Shown here piece after piece: positions 13,550-29,259 of a DNA stretch of 64,000 bases. The notes under the pieces were generated by a model that was not told the origin of the DNA, did no database searches, and saw only the letters and a list, made by a program, of their open reading frames with translations. This stretch comes from the human T2T-CHM13v2.0 reference genome, Homo sapiens. The stretch is from assembly GCF_009914755.1 (NCBI RefSeq), contig NC_060929.1; one strand, 5' to 3'. Both the position numbers and the translations under genes were made by a program. How positions within the stretch are numbered: position 1 is the first letter of the stretch; every line of letters starts with the position of its first letter.

Positions 13550-16072
13550 GCTAGTATAAAGAAAGAATTAGATAATCTGAATAGGCCTGTAAAAGTAATG
13601 AGATTAAATTTAAATTTGATTTAAATCTTCTCCAAAAGAAATGTTCAGGCCTAGGTGGCTTTATTGGTGAATTCAATATAACATCAAAATATATTTAAAC
13701 AATACTACCAGTTCTTCATAAAATCTTCCAAAAGTTGAAGTGGCTGGAAAATTTCCCAACTTACTCCATGAGACCAAAATTACCTTTACATCAGAACCAG
13801 AGAAAGTCATCATATGAAAAGAACACCACAGACCAATATTTCTTAAAAATGTAGATATTAAAATCTTCAACAAAATGAAATTCAGCAAGCTGAATCCAGC
13901 AAAATTTTAAAAACATGCATTATGACCAAATAAAAATTAATGCCAGGAATGTGAGGTTGGTTTAATATCTGAAGATCAGTTAATATAATACATCATATCA
14001 GTAGAATTAAAAATAAAAACATGGTGATCTCAGTAGACACAGAAAAAGTATTAAAAATATCAACACCTTTCCATGATAAAACCACTCAAGCAGCTAGAAA
14101 CAGAAGAAAACTTCTTCAGTATGATAAAGAGCATCTATGAAATCTCACAGCTAACATCATACTTAATGGTGAAAGACTGAAAAATGTCACCTATAATCAC
14201 GAACAAGGTAAGGATGTCTGCTCTCAGTACTTCTAGTCAACATTATAGTGGATGTTCAAGCCACAGCAATTAGGCAAAAAGCAAAAAAGAAAGAAAAAGA
14301 AATAAAAAGTACTTGGACTTAAAGGAAGAACTAGAGATTACGTGGTCTTGCATATAGAAAATCCTAAGGAATCCACTAAATGTTATTATAACTAATGAAT
14401 GAGTCTTGCAAGATTGCAGGACACAAGATAAATATGTAAAATCAATTGCATTTTTATTCACTAACAATAATTCAAAAATTAAATTAAGAAAATAATCTCA
14501 CAATAACAACAACAATAATAAAATAAGCATGAGGAAAGGGAGTATAAGACTTGTACTCTGAAAACTACAAAGCATTGTTGAACGAAAATTTTAAAATCCT
14601 ATGTAAATAAAAATATATCTCACATATATGGATTGGATGATGATACATCTCAAATTGATCTACAGATTCAACATAATTCCTAGCGGAATTTCAGCTTTTT
14701 TCTTTGCAAAAGTCAGAAGATTGATGTAAAATTTATTTGAAAATTCAAGAAACCCAGAATAGCCTAAACAATCTTGAAATCTGAGAACAAATGAGAAAGC
14801 CTCATGTTTCTTGATTTCCAAACTTACTACAAAGCTACAGTAATCAGGACAGTGTGCTACTTGTATAAAATTGACATACTGACATATAGGACAGTTGAAT
14901 AGAATTGAGAGTCCATAAACAAATCTTCACATCCATGATTTAATTTTCTGTTTTTACAAGAGTACCAATACCTTTGAATGAGGAAAGAATAGCCTTTTCA
15001 ACAAATGATGCTGGAACAACTGAATATTCACATGCAAAATAATGAGGTTGGACAGCAACTTCATATTACATAGAAACATTAACTGAAATTGGGTCATAAA
15101 CCTAAATCTAAGAGCTAGAACTAGGAAACTCTAAAACATAGGAATAAATCTTCTTGTATCTAGGAGATATAAAGAACTATTATTACTGTTCAATAATAAA
15201 AGACAGCTCAATTTAAAAATGGGCAAAGCATCTGAACAGACATTTCTGCAAATTAGATATTACAAATGACCCTTAAAAGCATAAAAATAAACTCAACGTC
15301 ATTAGCAAACTGGGAAATGCAAATCAACTCTATGTGATATCACTACATACCTACCAAAATCTCTATAATTAAAGGAAAGCTATAATAGCAAGAGTGGGAT
15401 GTTTCTATCATAAGCTGCTGATAGAAATGTAAAATAGTGCAGCTACATTAGAAAACAGTCTGACGTTTCCTCAAGAGATTAAATATGGAGTTGCCTATGT
15501 GATAACTAGTGTGGTTATATACCCAGCAATTTCATTACTAGATACATATCCAAGAGAAATAAAAACATATAGCCATATAAGAATGTATAAACAAATGTTC
15601 ATAGACAAATTATTCATAAAAGACAAAAAGTGGAAACAAATCCCCACCAACTGGTGTATGGATAAACAAAATGTAGTATATCTATACCATGGAATATTAT
15701 TCAGCAAGAAAAAAGATTGAGGTACTGATGCTTGCTACAGCATGGATGAACCTTGAAATCATTATGCTCGGTAAAAGAAGCCAGTCATAAAAGTCCAAAT
15801 ATTGTATTATTACATTTCTATAAAATGTCCATAATGGGCAATACACAGAGACATAAAATAGGTTAGTGGTTGCCTAAGGCTGAAGGTTGTTGAGGAGAAA
15901 TGGGGAGTGACTGCTAATGGGTACAGGATTGTTTGGAGGGGTGACAAAAGTGTTATAAAATTGATTATAGTGATTGTCATACAACATTGTGAATATGTTA
16001 AGAATCACTGAGTTGAACACTTTAAGTGGTAGATTGTATGGTATACAAATTATATCTCAATAAATCTGTTAT
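13550..16072 (+). mobile_element. Old L1 (L1MB/MC-type) ORF2 and 3' UTR, degraded
   Basis: Sense L1 motifs aatggtgaaagactgaaa, aaacttactacaaagctacagtaatc, catggatgaaccttgaa; ends tatatctcaataaa. Confidence 0.87.
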
Positions 16073-16479
16073 ATATAATCAATTGGCAGAACATAAGACC
16101 AGTGTGCATGTGATCTTTTTGAAAGGCAAATCACTTGTCGAAAATGTCATACATCTGTTGTGTAGCTGGCCATGAGAGAGGTCATATTACTAAATTATAA
16201 GCAACTGTTGTTCACAATAGTAATTGTTCAGTCATAGGAGAGGTGCAATTTATGTCTGTCTGCTGTACTGTGTCATATGCACGCTTTTGGGAATTGGTCA
16301 AAGGTTTTGGTTAAGGTATAGTGCATCATAATTTTTCTATTAAAATAATTGGAAGTAAGTTCATGATTAGCATTTTTGCACAGAGCTTCTTATTATCAGG
16401 TACACATTATTGCCACTAACAGGCGATGCTTGTAAATTGTCCTTAATTCCTACCAATGGTTAGTTCCATATTGTCACTC

Positions 16480-17596
<1,117 letters not shown>

Positions 17597-17709
17597 GGCT
17601 GCAGAGGTCAGAGGAACCATTGCATGTAACTTAAGCAGTAAACTTAATCAAAAACTGGCAGTTATATTACCATTGGGAGATGGAAATAACTACTGTATTT
17701 TCTAAAAAA

Positions 17710-17888
17710 ATATACTGGGGCCTGTCAGGGGGTGGAGAGGGTAGGGAGAGCATTAGGAAAAATAGCTAATGCATGTTGGGCTTAATGCCTAGGTGATGGG
17801 TTGATAGGTGCAGCAAACCATCATGGCTCATGTTTACTTATGTAACAAACCTACACATCTTGCACATGTATCCCAGAATTAAAAACAA
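17710..17888 (+). mobile_element. L1PA (older subfamily) 3' end, followed tail-to-tail by a short antisense L1PB-like end (~17890-17980)
   Basis: ggggcctgtcagggg...cctaggtgatgggttgataggtgcagcaaacc...gcacatgtatcccagaa; then tacatgggtatattgtgtgatg. Confidence 0.8.
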
Positions 17889-18934
17889 ACTTTTTCTTAA
17901 ATTTCATTATATTTTTAATTTTAGGTTGAGAAGATACATGGGTATATTGTGTGATGCCAAGGTTTCGGCTTCTAATGAAATGATTCCTTTCCAATGGGAA
18001 AATTTTTGCTGCTGATGACAATGCAACAAAGTCTGCATTTTAATACCGCTATGAATACACACCAGTTAATTAACTTCTTTGAAAATCTACATTTATCTGT
18101 AAAATGGAAATACCATCTATGTTAGTTAGCTTAGGGTTGTTTTGAGGATCAAGGACATGTGGCTAGAATTTAATTTTAAGAAGAGCAGCTCAAAATCAGA
18201 TGACTTCAAAGTTTCTTGATTATCAATTTTCCCTTTTCTCTTCATGTATCCTTCTCTGGATCTATTTTTCTGTCTTCCCTTCCTCTTCCTCTCCATAATC
18301 TTTATAGCTAATAGTTAAGGTGCTTGTTCTGTTTAAGGCACTATGCTAACCACAGTCCTTTATCTAGTTTAATCCCATGGGCTAACTACTATTACTCCCA
18401 TTTTTAACCTCTGATAAAGAAACAATGGTTTTACTTGGTAATCCTTTATTTTTCTGGAGTTTAGCTGCCATTGTAAATTATTAATGAGAATGCACTTATA
18501 TCATTTTTTTTTCCTCTGTGTAGCAACAATAAATTTTTTTAATATTCTGAGATTATAGACCTACACATATGAGTTCTGTTTCTCATCACTGTAACCATTT
18601 ACAGACACAGTACTGGCTGAGTTGCTACCTTGTCATATAATAGCTGTCTTGGTTTAGTTGGGTCTTGGCAAATTTAAGTTACTTTCTAAATATCATTTTC
18701 TATTTTTTTTTTAAATAGGAATGAATACAGCTGCCTTTAAATTTGTTTTGTGAAGACTAAATCACACTGAAAATGCCCAGCATTAGGGATGCACATAGTA
18801 TATTTACTTTGCATAATTATAATGTAAATATATAATATATAAATAATTATATGTCTATTTAATAATAATATAAATATAATGACTATGCACAAATTATATT
18901 TACTTTCTTATTTATTGTATCAGTACATGATAAG

Positions 18935-21347
18935 GAGATTGCTATTTTCATTAAACTAATATCAATGTCTTATTTATTGAAAATTACACAAGCAAAAATA
19001 TTCTGTTTTGAGCTGGGTTTATAGTTTCGTAACCCCTATGCCAAATTTTGACACCTTCATAGTATTCAGGGATAAGTATGAAGTTGCTTGATTAATAAAT
19101 GCAAACAAAATGTATGCTGGCAATTCTTATGACACTTCTAATATTTACCAATAATTTTATTAAAGATTGTTTATTAAAGATTTTAATTTATTAAAGATTT
19201 TACTTAAGTCACATAAACTTGAAAAGCATATGACTAGTTCTTTTTTTCTGATAAAGTATTTTATTTAGGCACTTTAATTTTTAATCCAATTAATTAGAGC
19301 TCTTTTATATATTTTTAATAGTAAAACATTATGTACACAACACATAAATACATAGACATATTAGGCATACTGATAGAAGAACATCTTACAGATTCCTAAG
19401 AACTCCTGTTTCATTTTTTCCTTTCTTAGACTTGCAAACTCTTGATAACCTGTTTCATTACCGTGGCAGTTGTCAGCTAAATAGCCTTAAATCTGCATAT
19501 AAGGAAACAACTCTTAGATGAAAAAATCAGATTGGAAAATTTACATCTCAAGGTACAGAGAGAAAAAGTCTCCTTGTGCTAAAAGGAGATTAAAGATGGA
19601 TGCCAAATTAAACATAAAACTATAGAAACCTATCACTGGATTGTATAAGGAAACCAGTTTTATTTAGATAGGGACTACTTGTCTTTTACATGGAACTCTG
19701 AGCTCTGGGCAGAACCCACATTGAATCCTGGGTCTCCAAAAAGGGAGAATTATTACGAGGCTAGACCACGTGATGCTTTTATACTGCGCTTAAAAATTTT
19801 TTTTAAAACAAAGACACTTCTAAGTGTCTAATCTATATTCTTCCTTAAAAACCCAAGAGTAGCTTCTGCTGCAATAACTATTCTAGTCAAAAAATCAGGT
19901 AACATGATACAAAAGCAATCAGTTTAAGAGTTGAGAGGATCTTGTCTGTTTACACTCTTGGGGTTCCATTAAAAAAACCCAGAGGTTTCTCCCCAAAAGG
20001 GAGACTGGAATCTTCTCCAGAACCCCGGGCTATTAAGGAACCCCAGGGAGGAACCCCAGGCTGTTACAAATTATTTTAGGTTTCTCATGCAGCAGAAGGG
20101 TGCAAGAGAAAGGAGAGACAGCAGAAGTAAATGAAGAAAACAATTCAGTCAACTGAGAAGAAAAAAACTTTTGCTCAAAAAAAAAAAGGACAAGGTCTTA
20201 GGAGAGAAAAAAACAAAAACGAAAACATGAAAGCCTTTAAAATACACACACATGCACACATACACACATACACACATACACACGCACACGCACACACACA
20301 CACACACACATCTTGGATGTTAGCTTTTAATGAAGCTGACTTTTAACCATAGAGCTCCTTAAAAGAATCGTTTTAAATTTCATTACCATATTTCAGCTGG
20401 GACAAATTGCTGCTATTTTAGAAGTAGCAAGTATCAAACCAGAAAGGGCTTGATTTAGGAACCAAACCCCGGCTGTCGTGGTGAAAAAAGAAGGCAGAAC
20501 GTTAGCTATGGAACTGCAGCATGGGGTGACAGCCATTGCTCTTTCAGTTTGTCCTGGCTCGCAAAAAGGTTGCCTTGTTATGTAAATAAAATCCTGTAGT
20601 AGTAAAAATAAAAAATCTTTCCTTGTTTGTTTTTTTTCTTTTGCTAGCCTTGCTTCTTCCCCCACCACACCACCTTTTTTGTATGTAGGTATGTAGAAAT
20701 TTAGCCACTTCAGAGGCCTTGTTCCCCATAATTTGGAACCTTCCTTCGGATTTGATCAAGTTGGATAGAGTTGGTCAAACCCAATGGAAAAAGACTGAAG
20801 CAACAACAAAAACAAACAAACAACAACCAAAAAACAGTTAAGCAAAACAAACAAACGATCACACAACATAGGTGATTACTGAGCACTCTAATGGTAAGGA
20901 GAAATTAAGACCAGCTGGTTGTTAATCTTAACTTTAGCCAAGACAAACCCTAATTCAGTTACTTACCTAGGGTTGGGCCTCAGGCTGAAGATTGCTTGCT
21001 ACATCCTAGAAGCAGGAAAAAACCCAAACTCTTCTTCCCTATTGGAAGCAAGCTCAAACTCCAGAAAGGAGTTACCTGCCTTCTATCATCACAGAAGCAG
21101 GAAAACTTGCCTTCTTTGTGTTGGAAGTGAGTAAACTCCAAGAAAACGGAGTTGTACAGCAAAGTGAACTTTAGATCTCAACCAGATTTTAGGAGATCAG
21201 GGAATCTTTGGAGGGGGTGCTTCCAGGCCACAACAAATTTTCCTGTTGGTTTGAGCCATAAAGATACCTCAAGCTGGTGCCAAGCTATAGGAGATTTGTC
21301 AAAGGTCAGGGGCAACTCCATTCAGAATCCCTCTGTGGTTATCAAAA
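18935..21347 (-). mobile_element. MER4-group ERV internal region (5' portion only)
   Basis: Abuts the MER4 LTR through a degenerate tRNA-Arg-like PBS (minus strand tgataaccacagagggat); MER4-int-like sequence with a CA-rich tract at 20244-20310. Left boundary approximate. Confidence 0.72.
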
Positions 21348-21786
21348 TGTGAACCCCAAATATCTGAGACTGGTCTCAGTTAACTTAGAAAGTTTATTTT
21401 GCCAAGGATGCACACCTGTAACACAGCCTCATGAGGTCCTGGCAACATGTGCCCAAGGTGGTTGGGGCACAGCTTAGTTTTATATGTTTTAGGGAGACAT
21501 GAGACATCAATCAATATATGTAAGATGTACTTTGGTTCTGTCCAGAAAGGCAGTATAACTCAAAGCAGAAAGGGGGCTTCCAGATTACAGGTGAGAGACA
21601 AACAGTTGCATTCTTTTGAGTTTCTGATTAACTTTTCCAAAGGAGACAATCAGATATGCATTTATCTCAGTGAGCAGAGGGATGACTGAATAGAATGGGA
21701 GGTGGGTCTTTTTTAAGCAGTTTCCAGCTTGACTTTTTCCTTTAGCTTAGTGATTTTGGGGCCCCAAGATTTATTTTCCTTTCACA
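21348..21786 (-). mobile_element. MER4A-type LTR (5' LTR)
   Basis: Minus strand starts tgtgaaaggaaaataaatcttggggccccc; AATAAA near its 3' end; TG...CA termini. Confidence 0.87.
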
Positions 21787-22680
21787 AATCCCACTGGTAA
21801 AATTAAGTGCATGGACAAACCCAGAATACTATATTGCTGTAATTGTGGTGTACAATCTACTCATAAGTCTAGCATTAAATCCAAAAGACAAACTTATCAA
21901 AAACAATAATAGCTGCAGCAATCTGGGAAGAGATAGATTATATAAAAACATGTAAATTGAGACAATTAAAAGTCAAAATATGGGGGGTGGAGTTAAAGCA
22001 TAGAACTTTTTCCATTTTCCTTTGTTTCTATTCTTTGTAATTTAAGATAAGTTGTCTTCTCTTTAAAATAACTTGTTATATTTATAAGATTTTTTGTAAG
22101 CCTCTTGGTAACCACAACACAAAAACCTATAATAGATTCACTAAAAATAAAAAGCAAAAAATTAAACCTTGTGCCGGAGAAAACCACTTAACCACAAAAG
22201 AAGACAGAACGAAAGGAAGAGAGGAGTTACAAAAAAAATGAGAAAGCTAGTGACAAAATGACAGTATTAAGTCCTTATTTATCAATAATAATACTGAATA
22301 CAAATAGATTCAATTATCTAATTATAAGGCATAGAGTGGCTGAATGGATGAAGAAACAAGACTCAACTATTTGCTGCCTAAAAGAAACCCACTTCATCTA
22401 CAAAGACACACATAGACTGAAAGTGAATGGGTAAAAAAAGATATTCCCTGCAACTGGAAACCAAAAAAAGAGCAGCAGGCATAGTTATATTTATATCAGA
22501 TCAAAGAGACTACCAACCTAAGACTGTAAAAGGAGACAAAGCAGGTCACTATATAATGATAAGGGATCAATTCAGCAAGAGGATATAACAATTATAAATA
22601 TTTAGGCACCCAACACTGGAGCTCCCAATTATATAAAGAAAACATTACTATATCTAAAGGGAGAGATAGACTGCGATAAA
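21787..22680 (+). mobile_element. L1M fragment: inter-ORF region and endonuclease start
   Basis: tatcaataataatactgaatacaaat..catagagtggctgaatggat..gaaacccacttca..cagcaagaggatataacaat match the start of ORF2. Confidence 0.82.
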
Positions 22681-23289
22681 TAACTTATTCAATAATTTGC
22701 ATTTTTGCTTAATGAAAGGCAACTGAGGCATTAAATTTTTCATCTTTGTTCAATAAAAGAATTTAAGACCTCATGTTTTTCTCTGAAAAATAAAATCCAA
22801 AAGAAATAATATACTACAAATGATCCATTTCACTGCATGCAGAAAGAAAGAGTTGGAGTAAAATACAGCATAGGCAGAATTAACCGCAAGTATCAGACCA
22901 GGAGAGTGTGTTTATGATGTGTAACAGATGGAATTAACCTGAACACCATGAAGATCCAACAAGGAGGAGGAGAACAAAGACCTCACAGGAAAATGGATCA
23001 TGGTTATAAACAAGAAAGATAAAGATGACAGATGTTAAACATAAGAAACGTCCAATCAACATATCATGAGATGTCTAACTTTACTAATAATAAGAAAATA
23101 AGCATTTCTAAGTAAATAGGACAGCAGGAAGTCCTGAGTTTGGCCTCCAGGAAGAAGTGTTCAATGATGAAGACTGTAGCTGCCACACCACTGGCCACCT
23201 CCAGAGGCCATGGTGGAGTTTGCTCCTCTCCCATTCTGTTCTTAGAAATCAGACAGCTTAGTGTTGGAATTGTGTCTCCGGAGCACGTG

Positions 23290-23460
23290 AGAGTGTAGTT
23301 CCAAGAATTAGGCAGGAGTTAGCTTGAATTTCCACTCTGCTATTTACCAGCCTTGTGACTATGGGAGTCGGGGCCATTTCACTGGCTTAGCCTCTGTCTT
23401 CCCATCTTGCAGCAGTTTTTAGAATAATGATACCCTAGCTCAAAAAGCAACCCTTAGCAA
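23290..23460. mobile_element. MIR fragment
   Basis: gcttgaatttccactctgctatttaccagccttgtgact...ttagcctctgtcttcccatc resembles the MIR core. Confidence 0.6.
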
Positions 23461-23559
23461 ATCATGTGTCTATGTGATGTGGAACATCATTGCAATACTC
23501 TATGTAGATAAAAATGTGGCTGATGAACTTGTCATCTGTTCTCAATAGCTTTGATTTCC

Positions 23560-24073
23560 TTTTTATTTTATTTTATTATCTATTTAAGTTCTGGGATACA
23601 TGTGCTGAACATGCAGGTTTATTACATAGGTATACATGTGCCACGGTAGTTTGCTGCACCTATCAACCCATCATCTAGGTTTTAAGCCCTGTATGTATTA
23701 GGTATTTGTCCTAATGCTCTCCCTCCTATTGTCCCCCATCCCTGACAGGCCCCTGTGTGTGATGTTCCCCTCCCTGTGTCCATGTGTTCTCATTGTTCAC
23801 CTCCCACACATGAGTGAGAACATGTGGTGTTTGGTTCTCTGTTCCTGTGTTAGTTTGCTGAGAATGATGGCTTCCAGCTTCATCCATGTCCCTGCAAAGA
23901 ACATGAACTTATTATTTTTTTATGGCTGCATAGTATTCCATGGTATATATGTGCCACATTTTCTTTATCTAGTCTATAATTGATGGGTATTTGGGTTGGT
24001 TCCAAGTCCTTGCTATTGTAAACAGTGCTGCAGTAAACATACGTGTGCATGCGTCTTTATAGGAGAATGATTT
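23560..24073 (-). mobile_element. L1PA (about PA7-PA10) 3' end, 5'-truncated
   Basis: ttaagttctgggatacatgtgctgaacatgcagg...ggcttccagcttcatccatgtccctgcaaag...aacatacgtgtgcatg. Confidence 0.93.
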
Positions 24074-26206
24074 TCTAAATTAAAATTGGTTTCTGAAAAA
24101 CTTGAGAAGGCTGTAGATTCAGTTCCCTCGACTTGCATAGAAATTGGAATGTTGCAAATGGCCCTTAGAATCCATTTGTTCATGGAATAAGTATTGTTGC
24201 CTGCTTAGGGCAGTGGGCTGAGTACTGTGGGGAATTCATAGTTGAGTCTGGGCTGGATTTGGCCAGCTGTAGACAGAAAACTCAACACACAACACAAGGC
24301 ATTCATTGCAAGTGCCAATTGAGAGCGGCTCAAAATCTGCACATCATCCAGACTCCTGATACCTGAAGATTCCTGTTTTCCAAACCACAAAAATATGTAG
24401 GAACAGCTAATTTTATTATTTATGCTACTACCATATATTATCACTAAATTGTTTTTTTGTCTCTTGAATTAAAATGCAAACTAAATTTCAAATGTATTTT
24501 TATACAATTTTTCAAGGTAAAATTAACAACTTTTGGGCTGAAAGGATTTACCTTTTTATTTTTAATAAAGGAGTAGGTTTATAGAGTTGAAAAAATTCAA
24601 GATTTTTTCTTCTTTATCAAGATGCTCTTATTGTCCTCACAGATGGAAGACAACTATAAATTTACAGTATGTGTGGGCTTACTGAGTCTAAAAATGTTGT
24701 GCCATTATTTATATCTTACTGTAAGAAAGACCTTGTCTGGGAAAGAGAAAAACAGCCTTAGGCTGTCAAACTTGGTTGATGTAATTATTATCTAAAGAAA
24801 AAAAAAAGACTAAGGTTTTCTTCTAACTAAAACATAAATATGAGTTTATTATTCCACACTTTCAGTATCTTGGAGTCCCTGAGCATGGTTTATGGTGTGT
24901 GGAAAAATTTGGCATTTAGTTATCTTATTGTCACCAAGCATGCCAGGTACTTATTCCTCTGAACTCAAGGTCTACGCATGGAGGTTATAAAAAGCACAAC
25001 CAAGCTTGTCTTGTTATGCTTTCTGGGAGACAAATCCCCCTTGTCCTTGTTGTGAAAATGATTTATACTCTGCACAGTTATTTTCAATGCATTAGTTTTT
25101 TTCTCTTGTTTCCAAGCAGAGGGCAGAAGAAAATGGAAAACAAAGACAAACAAACCAAAGAAGGCGGATGAAGTAGAAGCCATTCATTCTTTCCATGAAC
25201 ATTGGTGAGTGCCTACATGTGCCAGAGCTTATTTAAAGCACCCAACATGCAAAGATCAATCACTATGACACAGTCCTTATCCTCAAGAGGGTCAGAGTCT
25301 GAAGGAATCTATTATGATTTTGTCCAGTTACAAAGAATGGTTAATGTCAGCTGAGTCATTTTGCCTATGTGGCTGCTTAGTGCCTCTACTATGATGGATG
25401 CTCTCATGGGATATGAAGATGATCATACTTTGTGTCTACCCACTTGTATGTCCTTCCACATGCCTCTACCCAGACTTCCTTGTGCCCATCATCCAATCTT
25501 CTGCGTTCTGTGTTTCTAATTAGTTGGTCAGGCCATTCATAACTGCCCATAGGTCTATACCCTCTGGTCACTTTTTACTCTACACACAGTGGATGGCTAG
25601 GTGTATTGCTCAAAGCCCTGCCCATTAGAAAGGTTTTCCTTTCCACTGTCTTTCAAGGCCACACTTGAGAGAGGCTGCAGCAAGCTGCCACCTACTCTTG
25701 GCTTACACCTTCATACTGAGCCCATCCGCTCATACTGAGCTGATCCGCCCATGATACCAGCTAGGGTTGTCATCCTCCTTCTGCTGCTTCTACGGCATCC
25801 TCAGCAAATCCACACGCATGGGATAAGCACCTGGTCTTCTGGGGAAAATGTTAGTGTGTTTTGGGTTGTATATGAGATAGTTTTATCACGTTAGTCTAAA
25901 GCATGATGCTGTTATTTTCTTTATTTGAAAATTAGTTATGGTTTAGAGAGATTTGTATGAGTGGTAATTTGGCAAGGGGTGGACTATGGTGGATTTGAAG
26001 GTGTTGCTGTGGCTTGACTAAAAAATATTTCCCAGAGTTCTCTTCCCAGTACATTCCCAGTTATTATGGGCCACAAGAGGCCTTGTTGTTTGAGATTTGG
26101 AGGTTGGGAGTGAAGCAGAAGTCATTTTGTTATTTATGTTGAGAAAGGGCAGTCCCTTGTGTAACACAGACATGTTCTGTAGCACACACATGTGCATGAA
26201 TACATC

Positions 26207-26226
26207 CATGTGTATACACGTGCACG

Positions 26227-26264
<38 letters not shown>
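26207..26264. repeat. Alternating purine-pyrimidine tract with (CG)5(CA)n microsatellite
   Basis: catgtgtatacacgtgcacgcgcgcgcgcacaca...ca read directly. Confidence 0.95.
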
Positions 26265-26266
<2 letters not shown>

Positions 26267-26371
26267 TGTTGCTGCTTATCTGCCAGCTCAGCTCATTGCT
26301 GTGGGAAAAGCAGCCAGGGCTGCTGCTGCTTTTTGTGTTCATTCTTGCTGAGCTCATCTGCTTTTTGACTG

Positions 26372-26690
26372 ATACATTCGTTTCCTCTTGCTGCCGTTAC
26401 AAATTACTACAAATAGCATAATTTGTTATTTTACAGTTCTGGAGATCAGAAATCCAACACAGGCCTCCTGGGCTCAAATCAAGGCTCCAGCCTGGCTGCA
26501 TTCCTTTATGGAGGCTCTCAGGGTGAATCCATTTCCTTCTTTCTGGCTTCTCAAAGCTGCCTGCATCTCTTGGTGTGTGGTGCCTGCCTCCACTCTCAAA
26601 GCCATCAATGACATCATACCTATCCCTGGTCAGGACTGGGAAAGCTTCTCCGTTTATAAGGACCATGTGATTACACTGAGCCCATTATAA
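26372..26690 (-). mobile_element. MLT1 (MaLR) LTR fragment
   Basis: tttcctcttgctgccgttacaaattactacaaa..ttacagttctggagatcagaaatcc..ggaggctctcagggtgaatcc..aaggaccatgtgattaca. Confidence 0.8.
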
Positions 26691-29259
26691 AGTGACTGGT
26701 TTACTCTCATTACTTCCTTTCCAAGCTCACCAGGACTATTTTATAGTTTAGACTGATCTAGTCCATCTTCATGAGAGATGAAATATCTCAATTTCTATGA
26801 AGGGTATTAATGAAAGTACACCTCCAAAATTCTGAGAGATGTTTTTTCTCATAGTGGGCTAGAGCTAGGAAAATTGGTGCTAAAGCTTATGAAGGTGAAA
26901 TCCAGTACCATAGTGGTCCCATTTTTATGTCTACCTGAATGAGAATAGCTGTTTTGAGTGAAAAGTTATGACAAAAGAAAAGCTATTGGTTCAAATCTCT
27001 GAGTATTTCAGGGTTTTTGCAATACATTAAAAATAATTACCTAATGTAGCAAAATAAGAAAAAAAGCACTTGTGTTTAGTAAAACATCCATTCTCATAAG
27101 AAACACTGACATTAAAATGTAAGGAGAATAAAAAATTTAGTTAGGATATTTTTGAAATTTCTGGCTGTCTCCTTTTCCTGACAGGCTCTTCATGGCAGAC
27201 AGTAAAACAATTTCGACTGGAAAGACTTGGATAAGATGACTTCCTTATCAACCCTTTCTACTTTCCATTATTTTAAAGTTAATTACCTTAAAATACCAAT
27301 AATTCTTCCACAATTGCCCAGATGAAAGCCAACCCTACTGGTATGTTCAATCCTGCAGGTGGTAGTGTGAATCTGAAATGTTCTCTGGCAAGGAGGAAGC
27401 ATCAGAAAGTTTTGCCACCACACTTACTGCTACATGATAATAGGAGGGTGTGAAATCAGGAAAGAAGAATAGATGCATTATGATATTTGGGTTTCTATGG
27501 TATTTAGAAAAGTCCCTCTTTTTCAATTTGGCTTGTACCTGATCTTATTGGATCCCCATGTTTTGGGGTATATCAGGTTGCTAATAAGTCTCTTCTTCCA
27601 GCAGAAATTTTGCACCCTTCCGTAATCTACTACCTGTCACACAGTACTTATCATGTGCCAAGAATGGCTATGAGTGTTTTATGTGGAATAAGTTATTTAA
27701 ATAAACCTCAGGCACTAACACCATTTTACACATGAAGCACACGTCTAAACAATTTGTTGATCAAAACTGCTCCAAAGAATACACATCAGGTTCTCATCTT
27801 AATGGGTTTGATTTCCCTTCTTTGTAGAAAGCAGGCAGAGGAGTCTTCCATATTTGTTTTGCGGTCATTTCTTACACATTCGGTGAGTCAGCTGCCTCAG
27901 AAGAGGTGTCCCATGTTGCTGTAAGTGTTGTTTACATTATATGAAGAAAAATGGCCCAGAAATGTAAATGGTTTTGCTTAGGCAGGCCATTTCAGAAATT
28001 GTGTTAGTTATTTATTGGCTTGCCAATATTGATCTTTAAATAAGAGATTCTGCTCTTCAATGAAGGAGCCATTTCAAAAATTGAGTTAGTCGTTGTGGTA
28101 GTAATATTGGATTGATGAGGGTAACCATTACATTTCCAGGCAAAAAAAAAAAAAGATTATCGGGAAATAAAAACCAAGAGGAGAATATTGATCGTCTAGC
28201 GACTCCACTGAAACAGAGTCATAGGCGGGTTGTCAGGTCTGGTTTTCTGCCCAGTGCTTTCCTTCCTTCTAATTCTAACTGAGGAGGAAGAACAATTCTG
28301 ACTGCCTGTAAATTCACTCAAGACCTACCGTGGCGGGGGTGGGGGGAGAAGAGGCTGCTTATGTGTTAAGGCAAAACTTGGGGAGTAAATCTATATCCTG
28401 TGCTTGTCCCAGGCCAAACTTCTTTAAAGATTATGAGAATAAACTGCTGGTTCTTAGAAAGGAATGGAAGAAGGTAATGGGGAAAGTCTTTGCTCCCAAT
28501 TAGTGGGATGAGTGAGACATTGCAAATCAGAACTCAATTAAGAAGCCAGAGTTGAAACAAGGGAACCAAACTCTTGGATTTTTAAAACTGTCCCTCATTA
28601 AACATGGAGTCAACGTTGAGTCTAAAAAGTGTAGTATAAAGAAGTTTGAATGCATAATCATGCTTCCTGAGCCATTGTGAACCATTTTCTATTCCTAAAG
28701 TGGGCTGGGGCACACTTGTTGCCGGTGATGCAGGCATCTCTACACCAATTCTCCGGTGAAGTCAAGAAATAACACATATTTTATTCATTTTAATCAATGC
28801 ATATCTGGCACAATAAAGAGGAGGATTGGGCCTTTTTTAATTAGAGGAAAAGCTGGAAGATTTTAATTGAGAATACAGGAGCCAAGGATATATCACCTCT
28901 GCTACTTAAGAGCTGTAATTGCTCATTTCTTAGACCACCTGCTGCTTGCAGAGTACCAGTCTACTTAATTTAACACAAAGTAATTTAGGATGCTGTTTCT
29001 ATTGCTAATTAGACACAGAAACTACCTTCATAATTAAGCTCGCTTTACTTCCTAAGAATCCCTTTTTAATAAATCCAATTTGGGGGGCAATACACTTCCC
29101 TCTTCTTGCCTCCATCCTTCTCACATTATATTCTTTACCTTGATATCCTTTTTAAATTGGTGTATTCCTTCATATTCCCTAAATATAAGTAGGACATAGA
29201 CTGATTAGGTTTCCTTGTGATGCTATAATTATATGAACCATCTATACACTTGTTTATTC

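Noticed and set aside
27883-27893. AP-1/ARE-like motif tgagtcagc
   Set aside because: A single short motif is expected by chance at this window size.
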